Shown: piece after piece, positions 57,720-64,000 of the stretch
Layout: each line of letters begins with the position of its first letter
How positions within the stretch are numbered: position 1 is the first letter of the stretch
Assembly (NCBI GenBank): GCA_035480235.1
Contig: DATIHX010000011.1
Span: 146 to 64,145, forward strand
Direction of reading: 5' to 3'
DNA length: 64,000 nucleotides
DNA from: Candidatus Saccharimonadales bacterium
GTDB lineage: Bacteria; Patescibacteriota; UBA1384; 2-12-FULL-50-11
Position numbers and translations under genes: made by a program
The notes under the pieces: generated by a model
Databases searched by the model: none
Told to the model about the DNA's origin: nothing
Seen by the model: the letters and a program-made list of their open reading frames with translations, nothing else

Positions 57720-58436
57720 CTAGTAGCCGGAGAAGTCTTCGCTTTTGATTTGTTCTTCGGGCAAGCCGAGTTCTTCGGCAAGGTTAATCATGGCGCTGAC
57801 CATCGCCGGCGGGCCAGAACTGTAAAAAACGCATTGGGTCGGGTTCTTTACATGCTTTTTAATCATCGCGGCGTCAATCCGGGCCGTTTCGCCCTGCCAA
57901 TTGGCGGGTGGCGTGTCGGTAAAGATTGGGATAAAGTGAAAATTTTTGTCGGCTTCGCTCAAAGTTTTGAGTTCGTCGTAAAAGGCGGCGGCGGCTTGAG
58001 ACGGGTTCGAGTAAAAAAGGTAAAAAGTTCGCCTATCGCCGCTTTGTTTAATGCTCCGGATAATACTCATCACCGGCGTAATGCCGATGCCGCCGATCAA
58101 AAAGACCGCGGACTTCGAGGTGTCTTGGTGCAAGGTCATCCGGCCCATCGGCTCTTTGACTTTCACTTTGGTGCCCAGCGGAATCGTTTTCAGGCTGTTT
58201 TTGAAGGCGGTGTCGCGCATCCGGGTGGCGATCTGGATTTTCCCTTCGCCGGGCAAGTTAACGAAGCTAAATGTCCGGGTGTTGCCTTCGGCGTCGGTCT
58301 GCGGCGGGTCGATGAGCGTGTAATCGGTGTGCTGGCCGGGCTTGAATGTGTAATCGCTGCCAGTTGTGTCAAAAAAGAACGTCATCGTCCCTTCGGCCAC
58401 TTCTTGGCGATCGATCAGTGGAAATAAATACTCCAT
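57720..58436 (-). CDS. ferredoxin-NADP reductase-family FAD/NAD(P)-binding oxidoreductase
   Basis: RTFSFVN (FAD-binding RxYS-like), LIGGIGITPVMSI and C-terminal ...EDFSGY. Confidence 0.75.
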   Translation of the reverse strand: MEYLFPLIDRQEVAEGTMTFFFDTTGSDYTFKPGQHTDYTLIDPPQTDAEGNTRTFSFVNLPGEGKIQIATRMRDTAFKNSLKTIPLGTKVKVKEPMGRMTLHQDTSKSAVFLIGGIGITPVMSIIRSIKQSGDRRTFYLFYSNPSQAAAAFYDELKTLSEADKNFHFIPIFTDTPPANWQGETARIDAAMIKKHVKNPTQCVFYSSGPPAMVSAMINLAEELGLPEEQIKSEDFSGY

Positions 58437-58456
58437 TAATTTATGTATACTCCCAC

Positions 58457-59080
58457 TTACCGAGCAGTCCAAGTATAAGTAAAACACTCAAAAATAATCA
58501 AAGCCAGTAACAAGAAAACATTTAGATGTGCAATATTTCCCCATACAAGGCTAGTGAATATTAGAAAAAGTAAATGCGCCCACCCTACTCCCGACTTCAC
58601 GCCAAGAACGATTGGTAATGTGCGCATTTTCTCCGTTTCATCTTTTTTAACATCTCTTAAATCTCCGATAAAATTGCGAAGAGCGATTAATCCAAATGCA
58701 AGCCACGCTATACGGGAGCTGTATCCCGCACTGGCAGCGACCAAAAAAAGTACTTGAGCACCTCTGAAAATTGGCGAGAGCCAACCCCAGCGGGGGTCCT
58801 TCTTCAGAACGTATAGTTGCGACCATAAAATATAGAATAAGCCCTCGATATGGTAAAACGCGACTGACCCCAAAGCGTAAAGCGCTACGGCGAGGTATTT
58901 TGGCAATTTTTGACGATACGGATGTTGATGAAACATTTCCAGATGAGCCATGAAGCCAAAGTTGAGTAATAAAGCTCCGATAATAGCGACTGCCGGAGTA
59001 TGAGCAGCAATCAGTAATATCACTAAATCAATCGCCGAGTAGATCCTAAATTGGCCGATATAGTTCTTCAGCTTTTTCAA
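58457..59080 (-). CDS. UbiA-like prenyltransferase-family membrane protein (weak)
   Basis: Polytopic. NFIGDLRDVKKDETEKMRTLPIVLG resembles the second Asp-rich motif. Lies in AT-richer DNA. The TTG start is 1 nt after tRNA-Glu-CCA. Confidence 0.5.
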   Translation of the reverse strand: MKKLKNYIGQFRIYSAIDLVILLIAAHTPAVAIIGALLLNFGFMAHLEMFHQHPYRQKLPKYLAVALYALGSVAFYHIEGLFYILWSQLYVLKKDPRWGWLSPIFRGAQVLFLVAASAGYSSRIAWLAFGLIALRNFIGDLRDVKKDETEKMRTLPIVLGVKSGVGWAHLLFLIFTSLVWGNIAHLNVFLLLALIIFECFTYTWTAR

Positions 59081-59081
59081 T

Positions 59082-59158
59082 TGGCGCTCCCAAGGGGAGT
59101 CGAACCCCTGATCTTCGCCATGAAAAGGCGACGTCCTAGGCCACTAGACGATGGGAGC
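59082..59158 (-). tRNA. tRNA-Glu (UUC) with encoded CCA
   Basis: GCTCCCATCGTCTAGTGGCCTAGGACGTCGCCTTTTCATGGCGAAGATCAGGGGTTCGACTCCCCTTGGGAGCGCCA. Confidence 0.9.
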
Positions 59159-59250
59159 TAGTAACTCTCTAATTTTACCGTATTTTGCCTGAAAAACGAA
59201 GGAGTTACCTTTCCAAGTCAGCCTTGAATTGGTAAAATGAGCCTTGTATC

Positions 59251-59322
59251 GCGCGGTTAGCTCAGTGGTAGAGCACGATCTTGACGTGATCGGGGCCGTG
59301 GGTTCGATCCCCTCACCGCGCA
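59251..59322 (+). tRNA. tRNA-Val (GAC)
   Basis: GCGCGGTTAGCTCAGTGGTAGAGCACGATCTTGACGTGATCGGGGCCGTGGGTTCGATCCCCTCACCGCGCA. Confidence 0.9.
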
Positions 59323-59323
59323 C

Positions 59324-59926
59324 ATGAATAAAACTTTTTTAACCATCGGAATTATCGCCATATTGGCCGTGGGCGCTTTTTTCTTAATTCCCGGCTCAAA
59401 AAATAATGTAACTAAAAAGGAGTGCACCGTGACCAACCCCAACGCCAAAAAAGACCCGACCAGTTTTGAAAAAATCAGCGCCACCTCGGCCGTTATTAAA
59501 ACCGCCAAAGGTGACATCAGCGTTGCTCTTTACCCCAATGACGCGCCCAAAACTGTGACGAACTTTGTGACGCTGGCTAAAAACGGTTATTACGATTGTC
59601 TTACCTTTCACCGCGTCGAACCTAATTTCGTGATTCAAGGCGGCGACCCGAGCGGTAACGGCACCGGCGGCACGTCTATTTACGGGGCTAAATTCGCTGA
59701 CGAATTAAATCCGGCCACTCAATCGTATAAAGACGGCTATAAAGAAGGGGTTTTGGCGATGGCCAACGCTGGCCCCAACACCAACGGCTCGCAGTTCTTC
59801 ATTATGCTGGCCGACAATCCAACTTTGCCAAAAAGCTACAGCATTTTCGGCAAAGTCACCGCTGGTTTGGATGTTGTTCACAAGATCGCCGTCGGTGACA
59901 TGATCGATACGATTTCCGTGAAGTAA
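59324..59926 (+). CDS. ppiB: cyclophilin-type peptidyl-prolyl isomerase with an N-terminal membrane anchor
   Basis: FHRVEPNFVIQGGDP, GTGGTSIYG and MANAGPNTNGSQFFI motifs. The ATG starts 1 nt after the tRNA-Val discriminator. Confidence 0.9.
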   Translation: MNKTFLTIGIIAILAVGAFFLIPGSKNNVTKKECTVTNPNAKKDPTSFEKISATSAVIKTAKGDISVALYPNDAPKTVTNFVTLAKNGYYDCLTFHRVEPNFVIQGGDPSGNGTGGTSIYGAKFADELNPATQSYKDGYKEGVLAMANAGPNTNGSQFFIMLADNPTLPKSYSIFGKVTAGLDVVHKIAVGDMIDTISVK

Positions 59927-59965
59927 GTAGTTGACAGGCCGCCAGGGCTTGGGCAGTATAAAACT

Positions 59966-60709
59966 ATGCAGTGGAAGGGGCAGACTTTAACAATCGCCAA
60001 AGTAGCAATCGGCGGCTTACTGATCGGTGCCGGTTTATTTTTGGCGTTTCACACCAATAATCTTTCGACGAGCAAGGGCTACGCCGTCTCCATCGCCCAT
60101 GCCCAGCAGGGCAGCGGCAATCAGAGTACTTATTGTGCTAATTGGCAGGCGACGAAATTATTAGCGATTAATACCACTAATTTAGTAGTCGGTACCAGTA
60201 ACACCAGTACGAGAAAATTATTTGCCATCGGCCCAGCTGAGTGGCAAGTTACTTATAAAGACGGCGTCCTTGATCCAAATACTAAAATTTGTGGTGGCGT
60301 GACCCTTGCCACGGAAACATGGGACGCGCCCACCGTTCCCACCAATTGCTACCAAAATGACGGCACCGCCTGCTTCGCTACCAATAGCTACCTCTTTGGC
60401 TTGGTCGCCCCGGCTGGCACACCCGGGATCAATACCAACTACTCAACGATGGGTTTTTCAATTGTCGATTCTACAAATAGTGGCTTGTCTTACAAGGTTG
60501 GTGATAATCACCGTTTTGTTGGCCCTGGCGCTGTTGGCGACACGAACCAACAGGACAACATTGGGGGCTTTTATAGCAGCGGCGCTTACGGTTGGATTGC
60601 CGGCAACTTTGACGGCGATGCCCATAACGGCGGCAACGACTTCACTGAAGCGGCCGGGCTAATGATGCCACTGAAATGGAATGTGAGCGGTACTCTATAC
60701 GCTAATTAG
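59966..60709 (+). CDS. hypothetical secreted/anchored protein
   Basis: ORF track, 247 aa. N-terminal TM segment. Confidence 0.45.
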   Translation: MQWKGQTLTIAKVAIGGLLIGAGLFLAFHTNNLSTSKGYAVSIAHAQQGSGNQSTYCANWQATKLLAINTTNLVVGTSNTSTRKLFAIGPAEWQVTYKDGVLDPNTKICGGVTLATETWDAPTVPTNCYQNDGTACFATNSYLFGLVAPAGTPGINTNYSTMGFSIVDSTNSGLSYKVGDNHRFVGPGAVGDTNQQDNIGGFYSSGAYGWIAGNFDGDAHNGGNDFTEAAGLMMPLKWNVSGTLYAN

Positions 60710-60712
60710 CGT

Positions 60713-61057
60713 ATGCTTGCCGGGAAAATAAAGCCACAAAAATTCAACATCATTATTGATGGCGTTCTGCTCATTGGCTGCCTTTTTTCTCTGGCTGCGC
60801 TTTTTGCCTATATCCAAGTGAGAAATTCGCCGCTTCAGAGTACCAATCTAAGCGTTTTGGATACCTCGACATTAACTGAGCGAAGGCTGGCCATCGCTAG
60901 TGCTCTAAAAAATGGCCAGAAATCCTACACGTACAACTCGAATTATATTCCCGGCATTGGCCATGTGGCGGACTCCACTAACTACCTAAAAAGCTGGCAA
61001 ACTGCGGTGGCGAGCAAATTTCCGTCGCTTACTACGTTAATAAGCAACCCCAAGTAA
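60713..61057 (+). CDS. hypothetical membrane-anchored protein
   Basis: ORF track, 114 aa. N-terminal TM segment. Confidence 0.4.
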   Translation: MLAGKIKPQKFNIIIDGVLLIGCLFSLAALFAYIQVRNSPLQSTNLSVLDTSTLTERRLAIASALKNGQKSYTYNSNYIPGIGHVADSTNYLKSWQTAVASKFPSLTTLISNPK

Positions 61058-61104
61058 TTAAAACCGGACCTTGAAAGTCCGGTAGTAGATCGCAGGGCAG
61101 AGGA

Positions 61105-62019
61105 TTAGAGGCCGCAGTTTGGGTTGTACGACCAAGGCAGGCCATTGCCAACCAAATGATGATTCGAGCCGTCTTCGCGCATAACGAAAACTGCTTCCGG
61201 GTTGCCGCTTTCGTTGGACGAATAAGCAATCCAGTTACCATCCGAGCTGAAAGCTGGCTGGCCGTTTTCGTGGCCGTTATTGGTCAGCCGAGTTTCAATA
61301 AGGGTTTTTGAGTTGACAACGTAGATGTCTTTACCAACCGCCGTATCACGCTCAAAGGCGATAACGTTGCCCTGGCCGAAGGCAGGATTGGTAGTTGGGT
61401 GGGTATCGCCGCTGCTCGAATTTGTCAGGCGGATCGGGTTAGATCCGTCGACGTTCATAATGTAGATGTGGCTATTGCCGTCGCGCTGGGAAGCGAAAAC
61501 AATACTGAGGCCGTCAGAAGAGAAGACCGGACAGTCGTTGTCTGAATTTAGGTCGGTCAATGGGGTAGCCACCGAGCCGTCCGCGTTCATGGTGAAAATC
61601 TGGTCTCTCCCATTACGTGACGACATGAAAGCAATTTTCACTCCGTCAGGGCTAAAACAGGGGCTAGCGTTATCGCCGGATGAGTTGGTGAGTTGGGCTA
61701 AACCGGTTCCATCCTTATTCATCGTCCAGATTTGGGTGTTGCCGCTCATGGCCAAGGTAAAGACAACCTTTTGGCCATCTGGGCTAAGGGCCGGTGCGTC
61801 GGCGTTTGCCGAGCCATCGGTTAGGGCCGTCGGTTGGCCGACGCCATCGGCCCTCATCAGATAGATACGCTTGGAAGTGTGGCTAGTTTCGGACGAAACA
61901 AAAACGATGTGGCCTGTTGCGACAATGCCACCACCCCCTCCGCCGCCGCCGCAACCGGCGAGCAGAGAGCCGACGAAAACTGCGAGAATTGCGAAGAATT
62001 TCATCTTAGAACTCCTCAC
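61105..62019 (-). CDS. lipoprotein with TolB-like PD40/WD40 beta-propeller repeats
   Basis: Lipobox LLAGCGGGG. Repeated (F/A)SPDG..I(A/V)F...G...I(Y/W/F).MN.DGS units. Confidence 0.75.
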   Translation of the reverse strand: MRSSKMKFFAILAVFVGSLLAGCGGGGGGGGIVATGHIVFVSSETSHTSKRIYLMRADGVGQPTALTDGSANADAPALSPDGQKVVFTLAMSGNTQIWTMNKDGTGLAQLTNSSGDNASPCFSPDGVKIAFMSSRNGRDQIFTMNADGSVATPLTDLNSDNDCPVFSSDGLSIVFASQRDGNSHIYIMNVDGSNPIRLTNSSSGDTHPTTNPAFGQGNVIAFERDTAVGKDIYVVNSKTLIETRLTNNGHENGQPAFSSDGNWIAYSSNESGNPEAVFVMREDGSNHHLVGNGLPWSYNPNCGL

Positions 62020-62110
62020 CGATCACAAAATGTGAAAGATCGATGTGCTGCCCAAACTATAGCGATAAGCAGTTAAGAAGTCAACGGAGAACCCTGGAAA
62101 AACCCGAGAA

Positions 62111-62773
62111 TTACTTTTTCTTAACAATAATTCTTTTCGTTTTTGGTTGTGGCGGCTGGGCTTTCGGCGCGACCACCGTCAGTAAACCATTTTCTAATTT
62201 GGCTTCAACATGGCTGTCGTCGATAGGCGTCGTGAAGTTAATGGAGCGAGAAAATTCGCTGTTTTGCCATTCGCTATGGATGAGGCCAGTTGCGTCACTA
62301 ACGGCTTTTTTGTGGCCGGTCACTACCAGGGTGTTGTTAGTTAATTCGAGGGTGAGATCTTTCTCACTATAGCCAAGGGCTTGGATTTCTATTTGATAGC
62401 TGGTAGCGTCTTCACGAACATTCATCGCGCCGGCAGCAGCGGCGTAGCCCGGCTGCCAGCTGCCTAAGGCGGTGGTCGGTTCCGGGCCGTCGTCATCGGC
62501 CGCGGTTAACGGCAGGAAAGTTTCAGTGTTGTCGGCTTCGTCGCCGGGAATTAGCCGAATCATCCGCACGTTAATGCCGTCCACTAAATCGTGAATCGAG
62601 CAGTTGAAAAACTCCATCATGGCGAGCAGGACCGGTGAACTCGGCAGATATTCGCCGCGTTCGAGCGAGATAATTGACTGTCGCGATAGGTTCAAAGCCC
62701 GGGCCAATTCTTCTTGGCTCAGTTCGCGGGAAGTCCGTAAATCGCGTAACAGTAAACGAATCTTCATCGTCAT
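62111..62773 (-). CDS. XRE-family HTH domain fused to an Hsp20/alpha-crystallin domain
   Basis: N-terminus LRTSRELSQEELARALNLSRQSIISLERGEYLPS. C-terminus AMNVREDATSYQIEIQALGYSEKDLTLEL..LVVTGHKK...FSRSINFTTPIDDSHVEAKLENGLLTVVAPK. Confidence 0.8.
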   Translation of the reverse strand: MTMKIRLLLRDLRTSRELSQEELARALNLSRQSIISLERGEYLPSSPVLLAMMEFFNCSIHDLVDGINVRMIRLIPGDEADNTETFLPLTAADDDGPEPTTALGSWQPGYAAAAGAMNVREDATSYQIEIQALGYSEKDLTLELTNNTLVVTGHKKAVSDATGLIHSEWQNSEFSRSINFTTPIDDSHVEAKLENGLLTVVAPKAQPPQPKTKRIIVKKK

Positions 62774-62836
62774 AATCTAGCCGCAGTGTAAAGGAAGCTT
62801 TACACTAAAGTCAATGCTAATTTAGTCGTACCAGCC

Positions 62837-62865
62837 TTGACTTTATGCCCCGAGTCTGGTATAAA
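62837..62865 (+). promoter_or_regulatory. promoter of ssrA (TTGACT-17-TATAAA)
   Basis: The -35 box is at 62837-62842 and the -10 box at 62860-62865. Confidence 0.5.
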
Positions 62866-62874
62866 TGACCCATT

Positions 62875-63259
62875 GGGGCTGTCTTGGCTTCGACGGGAAC
62901 ATTGACACCTACATTGGCAAGCGGAAATCTCTGCCTTAGAGGATAAAATTATACGTGCAAACGCTATAAATAAAGTAAAAGCTCTAGCCGCGAACTTGTT
63001 CGCTGCTCCTGCTTTTGCGCCAGTCTACGCCTAAACCGTGTTAGACCGTCTTGAATCTTGACCCTACTAGATTTTCAAGGCGTCAAATTAGTGGGTAAGC
63101 CAGTTGTTGGCACCAACAATTAGTCGAAAATTTAGTGCTGCTTTTACCGGTATTTTGACTGTTTCAAGCCTGTAAATTAAGAAATTAATCAGCCTAAGCT
63201 TGTAGAAGATGTAGATCGTCGGTTTTCGGACCCGGGTTCAATTCCCGGCAGCTCCACCA
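62875..63259 (+). ncRNA. ssrA: tmRNA
   Basis: 5' GGGGCTG...TTCGACGGG and 3' GGACCCGGGTTCAATTCCCGGCAGCTCCACCA (tRNA-Ala-like end). Candidate tag frame GCA 62957 to TAA 63034: ANAINKVKALAANLFAAPAFAPVYA. Confidence 0.9.
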
Positions 63260-63261
63260 AG

Positions 63262-63293
63262 AAAAAGTCTGACTCTATCGGGTCAGGCTTTTT
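63262..63293. terminator. bidirectional terminator
   Basis: AAAAAGTCTGAC-TCTATCGG-GTCAGGCTTTTT. Confidence 0.65.
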
Positions 63294-63301
63294 GTTATTA
63301 C

Positions 63302-64000
63302 TTACAATTGCGCTTGCAGTTCGGTGAGGGCTTGGGCGACGGTTTTGACGGCCAAGCCGGAATTTTGAAGGGCTTGAAGTTGGGCGGTCAGCAGTGCGGG
63401 CGTAACTGAATAGGCGCTCCCGGAATTATCCACTTGATGGTACATCACCACCAACCAAGCGTTCTGATTTTTAGCTTGGTCCAGCCAGCCCTGGAAATCG
63501 GCCAAAGTCGTTTGCGGCGTCACGTACTCCGACTGAATTCGGTACGGATCAAAGCCGGTTTTGGTGTTCAACCCGACGTCAGAAGTTCGGGCCGAGCGGT
63601 AATATTTTTTAACTTCACGAGTGGTAACGGCGTTATAGGCGCCGTACGGGTAGGCAAAGTCGGCGACAACCGGTGTGACTTTAGTTTTTAAATAATTGAG
63701 CGATTGCGACAGCTCTTGGTCTAACCTTTTTAGTGAAAGGGTTGTTAGGTCGGGGTGGGTAACGGTATGCGAGCCGATCTCCTGGCCGGCTTGCGCCAAG
63801 GCTTTCGCTTGGTTAAGCGTCATATAGCCATCGGCAGCGTGGCCGACGACCCCGGTAATAATATAAAAGGTGGCTTTGTCGTTAAACTGGTTGAGAATCG
63901 GCGCTCCGGCCGAGGCTTGCGAGGCCCATCCGTCGTCAAACGTCAGGCTAACCATGCCACGATTGAAGGTGGAGCTGACGGCCGAGAGCGAGAAGTTGTC
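63302..64000 (-). CDS. polysaccharide deacetylase (NodB-homology domain); N-terminus probably outside the window
   Basis: LTFDDGW and HTVTHPDL motifs. The frame stays open upstream of the track start (63955) to the window edge. Confidence 0.85.
   Translation of the reverse strand, partial: DNFSLSAVSSTFNRGMVSLTFDDGWASQASAGAPILNQFNDKATFYIITGVVGHAADGYMTLNQAKALAQAGQEIGSHTVTHPDLTTLSLKRLDQELSQSLNYLKTKVTPVVADFAYPYGAYNAVTTREVKKYYRSARTSDVGLNTKTGFDPYRIQSEYVTPQTTLADFQGWLDQAKNQNAWLVVMYHQVDNSGSAYSVTPALLTAQLQALQNSGLAVKTVAQALTELQAQL

Noticed and set aside
57702-58427. A 241-aa plus-strand ORF.
   Set aside because: It lies entirely antisense to the FNR-family oxidoreductase gene, which has clear cofactor-binding motifs. 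Its translation is Gly/Arg/Val-rich shadow sequence. The same reasoning applies to the many 60-140-aa antisense ORFs inside uvrA, typA, thrS, the large surface protein and other genes.
1-64000. An alternative genetic code (UGA recoding, as in some CPR lineages).
   Set aside because: Conserved genes terminate at the expected length on TGA (for example der at 9868-9870) as well as on TAA and TAG. No conserved protein shows in-frame TGA codons.

Overview
This 64-kb window is a chromosomal segment read with the standard genetic code: TGA, TAA and TAG all terminate well-conserved genes. The gene content and the many domain-reduced housekeeping proteins suggest a small-genome Patescibacteria/CPR-like bacterium, but that is inference only. 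I support about 60 CDSs (translation, DNA repair, cell envelope), 9 intact tRNAs, tmRNA plus smpB, and an RNase P RNA. All protein calls are by-eye motif recognition on the supplied translations, and no database search was possible.

Stand-out observations:
1. rnpB is interrupted inside helix P12 by an 827-nt insertion built from three cassettes. Each cassette opens with a ~25-nt direct repeat that re-creates the J11/12-P12 5' strand plus a Shine-Dalgarno, followed by a small ORF.
2. There is a complete diversity-generating retroelement: a target gene with VR, a TR differing at 17 positions that are all TR adenines, and an RT. Its Avd-like gene is inverted, overlaps the RT 5' end antisense, and contains a (GA)12 tract lying in both reading frames.
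3. Intact tRNA genes are flanked by fragments of tRNA genes at three loci.
4. A two-copy structured intergenic element with a compensatory outer helix sits directly in front of rpsP and typA.
5. There are several unusual fusions or degenerate enzymes: a Def-Fmt fusion, an XRE-Hsp20 fusion, a membrane-anchored Clp ATPase with a dead D1 module, and PriA without ATPase motifs.

I recognised no rRNA, CRISPR array, transposase or integrase.
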